This document shows, in pieces, positions 27,957 to 36,496 of a stretch of 64,000 nt of DNA. Each line of letters starts with the position of its first letter. Position 1 is the stretch's first letter. The notes below the pieces were generated by a model, which was not told the origin of the DNA, did not search any database, and was given only the letters and a program-made list of their open reading frames with translations. Source of the DNA: Bacillota bacterium (lineage in GTDB: Bacteria > Bacillota > Clostridia > Lachnospirales > Bianqueaceae); the NCBI GenBank assembly GCA_017442735.1, contig JAFRZE010000072.1, forward strand, positions 185,838-249,837, written 5' to 3'. Made by a program: the position numbers and the translations under genes.

Positions 27957-29219
27957 ATGTTCGATTTTCAGGAAATTGTGAAGGTTGATCCGGAGATCGC
28001 CGAACTCATTCAAAAAGAAGAACAGCGTCAGGAAGACCGCGTGGAACTGATCGCTTCAGAAAATTTCGTTTCCAAAGCCGTTATGGCTGCCATGGGCTCT
28101 CCTTTGACCAATAAATATGCCGAAGGTTATCCCGGCAAACGTTATTATGGCGGATGCGACTATGTCGATCAGGTCGAGACATTGGCTATCGAGCGTGCCA
28201 AAGAACTCTTTGGAGCCAAGTTTGTCAATGTTCAGCCGCATTCCGGCTCTCAGGCCAACTTTGCGGTTTATCAGGCCTTTTTAAAGCCTGGTGATACGAT
28301 CCTTGGCATGAGCCTGGCCGCGGGCGGTCATCTGACCCATGGCGCGTCAGTCAATGTTTCTGGTCGTTCCTACAACGCGGTCGCTTACGGCGTGGATAAG
28401 GAAACCGGATGCATCGATTACGATGAAGTCCGCCGGATCGCTCATGAGTGCAAGCCTCAGATCATCGTCGCCGGAGCCAGCGCGTATTCCCGCACGATCG
28501 ATTTTGCCGAGTTCCGTAAGATCGCGGACGAAGTCGGCGCCATGTTCATGGTAGATATGGCTCATATCGCCGGCCTGGTAGCGGCAGGCTATCATCCGAA
28601 TCCCCTGCCCTATGCCGATGTCGTCACCACCACAACTCACAAGACCCTGCGCGGCCCGAGAGGCGGCATGATCCTCACCAATAACGAGGAATACGCGAAA
28701 GCGATCGACAAGTCGATCTTCCCCGGCACCCAAGGTGGTCCTCTTTGCCATGTGATCGCCGCCAAAGCTGTTTGTTTCAAGGAAGCGCTGGATCCTTCCT
28801 TTAAGAAATATCAGAAGCAGATCATCCGCAATGCCTCTGCTCTGTCTGCCGGACTGAAAGAACGCGGATTTGACATCGTTTCCGGCGGCACCGACAATCA
28901 CGTCATGCTGGTCGACCTTCGTCCGAAGGGCATCACCGGTAAACGTGCCGAGAAACGCCTTGAGCGTGTATTCATTACCTGCAATAAGAATGCCATCCCC
29001 TTCGATCCCGAAAAACCGACCGTCACTTCCGGTATCCGTCTGGGAACACCGGCTGTCACGACTCGCGGAATGAAAGAGGCGGACATGAACATCATCGCGG
29101 AAGTCATCGACAACGTCCTCTCCGCCAACGCGGACGACAAAGAAACCTTCGCGAAGATCCTCGAAGACAATCGAGAAATCATCAAAGGTTTGTTAGAGAG
29201 ATATCCCTTATATCGTTAA
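27957..29219 (+). CDS. glyA: Serine hydroxymethyltransferase
   Basis: [36 protein letters not shown] and PLP-lysine region [14 protein letters not shown] are canonical SHMT motifs. RBS GAGGAGGAA. Confidence 0.95.
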   Translation: MFDFQEIVKVDPEIAELIQKEEQRQEDRVELIASENFVSKAVMAAMGSPLTNKYAEGYPGKRYYGGCDYVDQVETLAIERAKELFGAKFVNVQPHSGSQANFAVYQAFLKPGDTILGMSLAAGGHLTHGASVNVSGRSYNAVAYGVDKETGCIDYDEVRRIAHECKPQIIVAGASAYSRTIDFAEFRKIADEVGAMFMVDMAHIAGLVAAGYHPNPLPYADVVTTTTHKTLRGPRGGMILTNNEEYAKAIDKSIFPGTQGGPLCHVIAAKAVCFKEALDPSFKKYQKQIIRNASALSAGLKERGFDIVSGGTDNHVMLVDLRPKGITGKRAEKRLERVFITCNKNAIPFDPEKPTVTSGIRLGTPAVTTRGMKEADMNIIAEVIDNVLSANADDKETFAKILEDNREIIKGLLERYPLYR

Positions 29220-29251
29220 TCGTTAGCAGAAAATCTGGAGATATACATAGA

Positions 29252-29330
29252 AAAAGGCCCCATTGGGTGTCTTCTCAGCGAGTTCGCGAAGTGTGCCGAG
29301 CCTGAGAAGGCGCCCATGGGGCCTTTTGCT
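29252..29330. terminator. Long imperfect hairpin, bidirectional terminator between glyA and the convergent TPM gene
   Basis: AAAAGGCCCCATTGGGTGTCTTCTCAG ... CCTGAGAAGGCGCCCATGGGGCCTTTT: stem of about 25 bp flanked by A-runs and T-runs. Confidence 0.7.
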
Positions 29331-29343
29331 TTATGGATTTCTT

Positions 29344-30147
29344 TTAGATTTTCCCTGATGTGCCGCCGTGGACTCCACCACCGCCACCACCGGATGGTCT
29401 GGTCGTTGTCGGACGGTTAGGGTTCTGTTGCTGCTGTTGTCTGGGTACTCTTGTGATCTGCGAATACAGATACTGCTCTCTGGCGTCTACGACCTGCAGG
29501 CTGTTCGAACGCACATAATTCTTGGCTCCCTGTTGCTGATGAACGGATGTCAGCGCCGCTTTCTGGCCGCCGGTCCCGATCCATCCGGCGATGGCGCCTA
29601 CAGCCGCTGCGATAGGAGCCCAGATGGGATTGTGTTTTTTCTCCGTCGGTTCAGCTTGTTGTCCAGCATGCTGCAGATAATAATCCGCGCCTGAGCCGAA
29701 GGTCGAAATAGCATTCACATAATCCTGGCTCTTCAGATACGGAGCGACCTGTGAGATCAGTTCATTGCATTCATAGTCAGAGAACACGCTGTAAGCGTAA
29801 CCGCCTGTCGAAAACGCGTATTCGCTTTCATCGATCGCAAACAGAAGGACAATACCATTATTCGTTGAGCCAAACCCGACATTCGCATCGAAATATGCAT
29901 CCGCGGCATTCGCGGCTGACTCACCGTTCAGTGACTGCTTCAGTACGAAGACCACGTCACACTGATTGTTTTTACTGTACTCGGCCAGTTTGGAGTTCAG
30001 TTCCTGAATCTGATCCTGACTGAGAGAGCCGGATTCATCGACCACATAGACAGAAGCAGCGGAAGAACTCATCGCGCCAAAAATCGATACGCTTAAGATC
30101 AGCGCGACCAGCAGGGCAAGGATAGAACGAACATTCAATCTTTTCAT
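29344..30147 (-). CDS. TPM-domain (TLP18.3/Psb32/MOLO-1) protein with C-terminal TM helix and Gly/Gln-rich tail (YdjH/YgcG-like)
   Basis: Signal/anchor MKRLNVRSILALLVALILSV; TPM core (VYVVDESGSLSQDQIQELNSKLAEYSKNNQCDVVFVL...NNGIVLLFAIDESEYAFSTGGY); TM IWAPIAAAVGAIAGWIG; GGGGGG tail. RBS AAGGAGGG lies inside the end of the upstream gene. Confidence 0.75.
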   Translation of the reverse strand: MKRLNVRSILALLVALILSVSIFGAMSSSAASVYVVDESGSLSQDQIQELNSKLAEYSKNNQCDVVFVLKQSLNGESAANAADAYFDANVGFGSTNNGIVLLFAIDESEYAFSTGGYAYSVFSDYECNELISQVAPYLKSQDYVNAISTFGSGADYYLQHAGQQAEPTEKKHNPIWAPIAAAVGAIAGWIGTGGQKAALTSVHQQQGAKNYVRSNSLQVVDAREQYLYSQITRVPRQQQQQNPNRPTTTRPSGGGGGGVHGGTSGKI

Positions 30148-30160
30148 CTTTCATCCCTCC

Positions 30161-31252
30161 TTACAGCAGCTGGAAGAGCCAGGAGGCTCCATATACGAAC
30201 GCCGCCGCGATGCCCGCGATCAGGCCCCACTTTTTCCAGTAGAGTTTCTTATCCATGGGCAGATCACCGACAAATTTACCGGTCTGTCCATTCATGGCAA
30301 AGGTATATTTATTGTTTTCCCATGTCGTATTCAGAAGCCAAACCGGATACAGCACATATTTCGCTACGCCGTTCATCAGCTGGATGCTCGAATACTCATT
30401 CGCGACAGAAGCATAGCCCTGTCCCTGCACCGTCTGGTCAAAGGCCTGCTGCGTGGACTGTTTGATCCGCTCATTCGCGCGATTCACGGTCGTCTCTTTA
30501 TCGACATCGTACTTGTCCGCCAGATATCCGGCAAGATACGCTGTCTGGAAAGGAACGGCTTCCTGAAAATTGAAGGGTTCGATGGATTCCATCAAGGTGT
30601 CATCCAGCTTGGAGGATCCGTCGACCGGTACATGATCGAATCCCAGATATCCGCCGCGGATGACCTGGAAATAACCGGTCTCCGTATAGACCCACTGAGG
30701 ATCGGACCAGGTACGGACTCTGGTCGCCTTGTAGCGCATCTTCGCGCTGGCGTCAGCGTTGAACACCCAGTACGGGACATAGAGTCCTTTGATCTCGTCG
30801 ATATGGTTCTCGTCCTTGAAAACGGCGGGAAGCAGTTTTTTCGTCGCAAGATGTTTCTTTAGCGCGTTTTTAGCCGCCTGCTTGTCGAGTTTGAACGGAA
30901 TGATATAGTCCGGTTTCAGATGACCGCTGAAGTTGCCCATCATCATAACGGGGTTCCCGCAATACGGGCAGCTGGTAGCCGCTGTGTTCGCGTCGCCGAC
31001 GATCTCACCGCCGCATGACTTGCATACATATACGCGAAGTCCGGAAGCTTCACCTTCGGTCCATTCAGATCCGGGTTCACTCTGCCATTCCATACTGTCC
31101 GGAGAATCCGTCGCGAGCTCCTGGTCGTACGCCTGCAGCGTCTGAAGATCGAACTCGGTGTCACAGTAGGGACATTTCATTTTCTGAAGTGTACTGTTCC
31201 ATTCGATCGCGCCGCCGCAGCAAGGACATTTATATTGAAGTAGTCCTGCCAT
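30161..31252 (-). CDS. Double zinc-ribbon protein with C-terminal TM helix (YdjG-like)
   Basis: CPCCGG..CPYC and CKSCGG..CPYCGN ribbons; C-terminal helix WGLIAGIAAAFVYGASWLF. RBS AAGGAGAC. Confidence 0.6.
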   Translation of the reverse strand: MAGLLQYKCPCCGGAIEWNSTLQKMKCPYCDTEFDLQTLQAYDQELATDSPDSMEWQSEPGSEWTEGEASGLRVYVCKSCGGEIVGDANTAATSCPYCGNPVMMMGNFSGHLKPDYIIPFKLDKQAAKNALKKHLATKKLLPAVFKDENHIDEIKGLYVPYWVFNADASAKMRYKATRVRTWSDPQWVYTETGYFQVIRGGYLGFDHVPVDGSSKLDDTLMESIEPFNFQEAVPFQTAYLAGYLADKYDVDKETTVNRANERIKQSTQQAFDQTVQGQGYASVANEYSSIQLMNGVAKYVLYPVWLLNTTWENNKYTFAMNGQTGKFVGDLPMDKKLYWKKWGLIAGIAAAFVYGASWLFQLL

Positions 31253-31290
31253 AGATTGCTGTCTCCTTATCCAATCTTTCTAATAAAGAA

Positions 31291-31320
31291 GGACCGGGCT
31301 GCCTAAGCAGCCTGGTCCTC
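31291..31320 (-). terminator. Intercistronic stem-loop between the SPFH and zinc-ribbon genes (attenuator or partial terminator)
   Basis: AGGACCGGGCTGCctaaGCAGCCTGGTCCT 13-bp stem; on the minus strand it is followed by UCUUUAUU. Confidence 0.45.
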
Positions 31321-31336
31321 ACTGGTTTCTGAATGA

Positions 31337-32665
31337 TCAGCCTAACTTAGCTCCGCATTCCGGGCAGAATTTGCCGAGAACTCCATCAGCCGGGGTATAT
31401 CCGCAGTTCGGGCAGCTGGCCACCGGTTTCGCCTTACCGCAGTTCATACAGAACTTGCCGGTATTCTGGGTGCCACAGTCCGGGCAGGTCCAGGTACCCG
31501 CGGGAGCGGGCTGCGGTTTGCCGCAGTTCATGCAGAACTTGCCGGTATTCTGAGTGCCGCACTCGCAGGTCCATCCGCTGGCGGGAGCGCCCATCGGGGC
31601 TGCGCCGGGAGCCGGCTGAGCGGCCTGCTGCTGATACTGAGGCTGCTGTTGCTGACCCATCGCGTAAAGATTCTGCGCGTTCATGCCGCCCATACCGCCG
31701 GCATTCATTGCCATACCCATGCCAAGGAATCCGGTCATAGCGCCAGCGGAGTTGCCGGCAGCGGCCTTCATCGCGTCGGCCTGAGCACCGACCAGCGTAG
31801 CGCCTGCCATGGTAGGATCTTTCAGCATCGCGGTTCTCTGCGCCTGTTTGATCAGTTCCTGATCTTCCTCAGGCAGCGTGACGGAACCAAGCGCGACAGA
31901 AACGACCTGCAGACCGCGAAGGTTGCCCCATTTCTCGGACAGCTCGCTGTTCAGAGCGGCTTCGAGTTCGGTGTTGTGGGTGACGATCTGGTTCGGACGA
32001 AGTTCCAGCTCAGAAAGTCTTCCGAAGGAAGGCTGCAGAGCGCTGACGAATTCGGGTTTCAGCTGAGTATCGATCTTGTCACGGGTATATTCCTGGGTGA
32101 CATTGCCGCAGACGTTGGTGTAGAAAAGCAGCGGGTTCGCGATCCGGTAGCTGTAAACACCGGAGCAGCGGACGGAAACATCGATATCCAGTCCGATCTT
32201 GGAATCGACGACACGGAAAGGAATGGGATTCGGGGTGCCGAATTTGTTGTTGATGATCTCTTTGGTGTTGAAGTAGTAAACTCTCTGATCTTTTCCGGTG
32301 TCACCGCCGTAGGTGAAACGTTTGCCGATCTCTTTGAAGGTCTGTTTAATGGATTCTCCGAGAGAACCTGCGAAGATGCTGGGCTCCAGAGAGGTATCAT
32401 ACGTGAACTGACCGGGCTCCGCACAAACTTCCACGATCTTGCCGTTTTCAACGATGATCATACACTGACCGTCATTGACCACGATACCGGAACCGTTGGA
32501 AATAACGTTATCAGAACCTTTGGTGTTGGAGGAACGGTTGCCGATTCTCTTCTGGCCCTTGGTAACGAGAACATTCTCGTCCATGGAATCACAGTAGAAG
32601 AACTCTTTCCACTGATCGGCAAGAACGCCGCCGACAGAACCGACAAGTGCAGAAATAAGACCCAT
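31337..32665 (-). CDS. SPFH/band-7 domain protein with Gly/Met/Gln-rich linker and three C-terminal zinc ribbons (YdjI-like)
   Basis: Layout parallels B. subtilis YdjI as recalled: SPFH core, then a low-complexity MGMAMNAGGMGGMNAQ region, then CxxCG...CxxCG ribbons (CECGTQNTGKFCMNCGK x2, CPNCG...CPECG). RBS AAAGGAG. Confidence 0.7.
   Translation of the reverse strand: MGLISALVGSVGGVLADQWKEFFYCDSMDENVLVTKGQKRIGNRSSNTKGSDNVISNGSGIVVNDGQCMIIVENGKIVEVCAEPGQFTYDTSLEPSIFAGSLGESIKQTFKEIGKRFTYGGDTGKDQRVYYFNTKEIINNKFGTPNPIPFRVVDSKIGLDIDVSVRCSGVYSYRIANPLLFYTNVCGNVTQEYTRDKIDTQLKPEFVSALQPSFGRLSELELRPNQIVTHNTELEAALNSELSEKWGNLRGLQVVSVALGSVTLPEEDQELIKQAQRTAMLKDPTMAGATLVGAQADAMKAAAGNSAGAMTGFLGMGMAMNAGGMGGMNAQNLYAMGQQQQPQYQQQAAQPAPGAAPMGAPASGWTCECGTQNTGKFCMNCGKPQPAPAGTWTCPDCGTQNTGKFCMNCGKAKPVASCPNCGYTPADGVLGKFCPECGAKLG
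31433..31570. repeat. Direct repeat of about 58 bp, two copies with an 80-bp period, encoding a duplicated zinc-ribbon unit
   Basis: cgcagttcatacagaacttgccggtattctgggtgcc... recurs as cgcagttcatgcagaacttgccggtattctgagtgcc... The encoded peptide GTQNTGKFCMNCGK is duplicated. Confidence 0.7.
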
Positions 32666-32774
32666 AGTGAATCTCCTTTCAAAACATAGAAATTGTGGTG
32701 ATTCAAATATAGCATCTTCCCTTAGTCAAGTCAAGAAAAACCGCCTCATACAAAAGAGTGATATTTTGCTTATA

Positions 32775-32804
32775 TTGACAGAAAGAAAACGGCTATGCTA
32801 CAAT
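32775..32804 (+). promoter_or_regulatory. Sigma-A-type promoter TTGACA-18-TACAAT upstream of gpmI
   Basis: TTGACA at 32775-32780, 18-nt spacer, TACAAT at 32799-32804; about 55 nt leader to the ATG at 32863. Confidence 0.55.
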
Positions 32805-32862
32805 TGAGGTTGCAATATCGTTCTATGTTATTCCATTATTATATTCACGGAGGATACAAATC

Positions 32863-34437
32863 ATGAGCAAACCCATCGTACTGGTCGTCATGGATGGTGT
32901 CGGCGAGACTCCCGAGACCCTTGGCAACATGGTGCTCCGGGCCAATACCCCTACCCTGGACTGGTTCAAGGCAAACTGCCCCTGGCAGACGATCAAGGCA
33001 CACGGCGGCGCTGTCGGTCTGCCGACCGATGACGATATGGGAAACAGCGAAGTCGGACATAACGCTCTTGGCTGCGGCCAGATCTACTCCCAAGGCGCGA
33101 AACTGGTCAATGAATCCATCGAATCCGGTTCCATTTATCAGAGTGAGACCTGGAAAGACCTGGTAGGCTCTGTGGTCGAAAAAGGTACCGCACTTCACTT
33201 CATCGGCCTTCTGTCCGATGGCAACGTTCATTCGAACATCAGTCATCTTTTCGCCATGCTGAAAGAAGCCAAAGCGGAAGGAGTCAAACGTGCCAGAGTC
33301 CATATTCTTCTGGATGGTCGTGACGTTCCCGCCACCAGCGCGCCCGAATACATTAAGAAACTCGAAAACGTCCTTTCCGAACTTAATGACGATTCCTTTG
33401 ACGGGAAGATCGCTTCCGGCGGCGGCCGTATGTGCATCACTATGGACCGCTATCAGGCGAACTGGCCAATGGTCGAAGCCGGCTGGAACATCCATGTGCA
33501 TGGCGAAGGTCGTCAGTTCCCGTCTGCTCTTGAAGCGGTAGAGACCCTTCGCGCAGAAACCGGCGCCATCGATCAGGATCTTCCGGCTTTCGTTATCGCC
33601 AAGGACGGAAAACCCGTTGGCGCAATGCAGGACGGCGACAGCGTGATCCTCTACAATTTCCGCGGCGACCGCGCTCTGGAGCTTTCCATGGCCTTCGACG
33701 GCGATGCTTCCTTTGACAAATTTGACCGTGGCGTCATCCCGGCTGTCAAATATGCCGGCATGCTGGAATACGATGGTGATCTTCATATTCCGCACAATTA
33801 TCTGGTCAATCCGCCGCAGATCCGCGAGACACTGACCGAGCTTCTCGTCGCTCACGGTGTCAAGGAATATGCTGTTTCCGAGACCCAGAAATACGGCCAT
33901 GTCACGTACTTCTGGAACGGCAACCGCTCCGGCAAGGTTTCCGAAGAACTGGAAGACTACTGCGAGATCCCGAGCGATGTCCGCTCCTTCGATGAGTGCC
34001 CCTGGATGAAAGCGACCGAGATCGCTGATAAAGTGATCGAAGCTATCCAGAGCCACCAGTACGGCTTTATCCGCTGCAATTTCCCGAACGGCGATATGGT
34101 CGGCCATACCGGAAGTCTGGATGCTACCGAGATCGCTGTGGAAAGTGTCGATCTGCAACTGGCCCGCATCAAGAAAGTCGTCGATGAAGAAAACTGCATC
34201 CTGATCATCACCGCAGACCATGGCAACTCCGATCAGATGCTGGAGAAAAACAAGAAAGGCAAAGTGGAAGTTCGTACCGCACATAGTCTGAACCCTGTTC
34301 CGTTCATCATTTATGATAAAGATGAACGTCATGAGATGAAAGAAGGCGCTTTCGGACTCGCGAACGTGGCGCCTACCGTCGTCGGACTGATGGGGATCAA
34401 ACCCTATGACAGCTGGGTTGAAAGTATGCTGAAATAA
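32863..34437 (+). CDS. gpmI: 2,3-bisphosphoglycerate-independent phosphoglycerate mutase
   Basis: VVMDGVGE...GNSEVGHNALG (catalytic Ser region) ... ITADHGN are iPGM hallmarks. 524 aa. RBS GGAGGA. Confidence 0.95.
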   Translation: MSKPIVLVVMDGVGETPETLGNMVLRANTPTLDWFKANCPWQTIKAHGGAVGLPTDDDMGNSEVGHNALGCGQIYSQGAKLVNESIESGSIYQSETWKDLVGSVVEKGTALHFIGLLSDGNVHSNISHLFAMLKEAKAEGVKRARVHILLDGRDVPATSAPEYIKKLENVLSELNDDSFDGKIASGGGRMCITMDRYQANWPMVEAGWNIHVHGEGRQFPSALEAVETLRAETGAIDQDLPAFVIAKDGKPVGAMQDGDSVILYNFRGDRALELSMAFDGDASFDKFDRGVIPAVKYAGMLEYDGDLHIPHNYLVNPPQIRETLTELLVAHGVKEYAVSETQKYGHVTYFWNGNRSGKVSEELEDYCEIPSDVRSFDECPWMKATEIADKVIEAIQSHQYGFIRCNFPNGDMVGHTGSLDATEIAVESVDLQLARIKKVVDEENCILIITADHGNSDQMLEKNKKGKVEVRTAHSLNPVPFIIYDKDERHEMKEGAFGLANVAPTVVGLMGIKPYDSWVESMLK

Positions 34438-34492
34438 GTTCAGACAGAACGAAAGAAGATCCAGGCCTATATCGCGAAGCATCAGACAAAGA

Positions 34493-34532
34493 AAGGACTC
34501 GTGAGAAATCATTCCCACGAGTCCTTTTTCGT
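34493..34532. terminator. Rho-independent terminator between convergent gpmI and GH43 genes
   Basis: AAAGGACTCGTG-(loop)-CACGAGTCCTTTTTC. Confidence 0.75.
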
Positions 34533-34558
34533 TGTTGTTGGATGTCTGGCATCCTGTT

Positions 34559-36481
34559 CTATTCGCATCTTTGCACGATTCCGTGTGTGATACCCGCTTC
34601 GTTGAAGGTATCGACCCGGACAAAGTATTCCTGACCGGCGATCAGCGCGCCGATCTTCTGGACACCGCTCTGTGCTCTTAGTTTCCCTGCCATGACCATA
34701 TGGCTCAGGTACAGTTTATCTTCCGAGATGCCAAAAAGGATATTGTATCCGGTGACATTCTCCTCTTCCGGAAGCTTGATGACCACAGCCATGTCGATCT
34801 CATCAAGCCGGCGAAGAACGTATTCCGCTCGCTTAGGTTTTTCCACCGGGTCCTCTTCCTGCAGGCCGAATACCCGAAGTCCGGAAACTGCAGGATTCTG
34901 GCCGTATGGGACCCGCATATTGTAAAGACGCAGGTAACGGATCTTGAGTCCCTCTTCCCGGACGATCAGGTCGTGGGAAAGATCGGTCGTCGCACAGCTT
35001 TTATCCTCAATGATCTCAAAGGTCTCTCCGTCCACGGAACCGGCCAGTGTCCACTGGGTCTGCTGCAAGTGTTCATCGATATAGCGTGGCTGATCCCCGG
35101 TGCTCATCTTGCCCGGGACAGGAATATCCAGCTTTCCGTCCGCGAAATTGATCTGGATCGCTCGGACGTCCATGATCTTCCCAAGATCCAGTTTCAGCCA
35201 TTCATCCCTGCTGTTTCCTGATGCCTGCCACCAGGTGCGGACATCTTCATCTGCCGCCTTCTGCGGATCGGAACCTTCCATATAAGAAGAAGCAGTCATC
35301 TCTTTTTTGTAGCTGAGCAGCATCCATTCCGGATCCTGCCAGAGTTCTTCGTCTGAGAGCGCTTTAGAAGCTCGTCCTTCCGGAAGGCGCTGCGGCCAGT
35401 CACCGTACCTGGTATCGCAGACAAGGTCACCGTCTTTCGTATATCCGCCTCTCCATAATCCGACACGGCGCTCGAACATATGATGCATGCTGATCCGCAT
35501 CGTAGAGATATGCCACAGGCGATCATTCCTGTCTTCCATCGTCGATCCATGACCGGCCCCAGTCAGGAATCCGCCCGGTTTATAGCTGAAAGGATTGCTT
35601 GGTGCCAGTTCGAACGGGCCCATCGGATTGTCTGAAACATAGACCGCGTCCGCATAGGTGTTGTACTGGGTGCCGGGGCAGGCATACTGCAGATAATACT
35701 TTCCTTCATGCTTGTTCATCCAGGCGCCTTCTATATAAGGCTTGTCCGCGAACATCCCTTTGATCAGCGGCTGCAGCTTTTGGGGCAATAAAGCCGCCGG
35801 GATCTTCTGCTTCTTTAAAAAGGCCTGGTATTTCTCCTCGATCTCTTCGTCCGAAGCCGGCAGATGTGCGTGGTCATCTCCGACCCGTTCAAATCCTTTA
35901 TGGAAAGGATCTCCTTCGATCACGGCTTTATAATTTCCCATCGGGTTAGAAAGCGTCGCGCCGTAGGGCTTCATCGTGAAGGGATCCAGTTCCACACCAT
36001 AGATCGGGGTCATGTTGGAACAGCCCCAGTAGAAGTAAAGCCGTCCGTCGTCATCCTGGAACAGGTTGGGATCCCAGTATGGAAATGTGCCCGGAATCTT
36101 TTCATATGGTCCGTTCAGGATATCCTGTGTGCGGTAACGGTCGCATTTTTCATTTCGCCGGGACGCGCAGAAATAGACCCACTCCTCTGTTTTCCAGTTG
36201 TCGTTCTCATCCCTGGTCGGCGCCTTGATCACCCGCACGTCCGGCGCATAATCATACAGCGGCATATCCGCAGGAAGCGGATAACTTTCCCAGGTCACCA
36301 GATCGTCGGATACCCAGACAGACAAATTCATCGAAGCAAAGACATAATAACGGTCCTTGTAACAGATCATGGACGGATCCGCCGCTTCACGGTTGATGGT
36401 CAAGGCGCCCCCATTCCGCCTGTCCTTGTTGAACTGGTAATGGTAATTGATGTTGACTGGATTACAATAATATTTCGCCAT
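34559..36481 (-). CDS. Glycoside hydrolase family 43-like beta-propeller enzyme with C-terminal F5/8-type C (CBM32-like) domain
   Basis: N-terminal CNPVNINY...EAADPSMICYKDRYYVFAS (GH43 catalytic Asp region). C-terminal DVRTWWQASGNSRDEWLKLDLG discoidin motif. RBS AAGGAGGAT, 15 nt after the GH78 stop. Confidence 0.7.
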   Translation of the reverse strand: MAKYYCNPVNINYHYQFNKDRRNGGALTINREAADPSMICYKDRYYVFASMNLSVWVSDDLVTWESYPLPADMPLYDYAPDVRVIKAPTRDENDNWKTEEWVYFCASRRNEKCDRYRTQDILNGPYEKIPGTFPYWDPNLFQDDDGRLYFYWGCSNMTPIYGVELDPFTMKPYGATLSNPMGNYKAVIEGDPFHKGFERVGDDHAHLPASDEEIEEKYQAFLKKQKIPAALLPQKLQPLIKGMFADKPYIEGAWMNKHEGKYYLQYACPGTQYNTYADAVYVSDNPMGPFELAPSNPFSYKPGGFLTGAGHGSTMEDRNDRLWHISTMRISMHHMFERRVGLWRGGYTKDGDLVCDTRYGDWPQRLPEGRASKALSDEELWQDPEWMLLSYKKEMTASSYMEGSDPQKAADEDVRTWWQASGNSRDEWLKLDLGKIMDVRAIQINFADGKLDIPVPGKMSTGDQPRYIDEHLQQTQWTLAGSVDGETFEIIEDKSCATTDLSHDLIVREEGLKIRYLRLYNMRVPYGQNPAVSGLRVFGLQEEDPVEKPKRAEYVLRRLDEIDMAVVIKLPEEENVTGYNILFGISEDKLYLSHMVMAGKLRAQSGVQKIGALIAGQEYFVRVDTFNEAGITHGIVQRCE

Positions 36482-36496
36482 GCTGATCCTCCTTAC

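Noticed and set aside
29344-32665. PspA/IM30 gene expected next to the YdjGHI-like triad
   Set aside because: None of the flanking ORFs (glyA, gpmI) or the triad itself has the PspA coiled-coil signature. Absence is reported as a finding, not a feature.
32845-34623. 592-aa ORF antisense to gpmI
   Set aside because: No motifs. gpmI on the plus strand is an unmistakable iPGM with an RBS.
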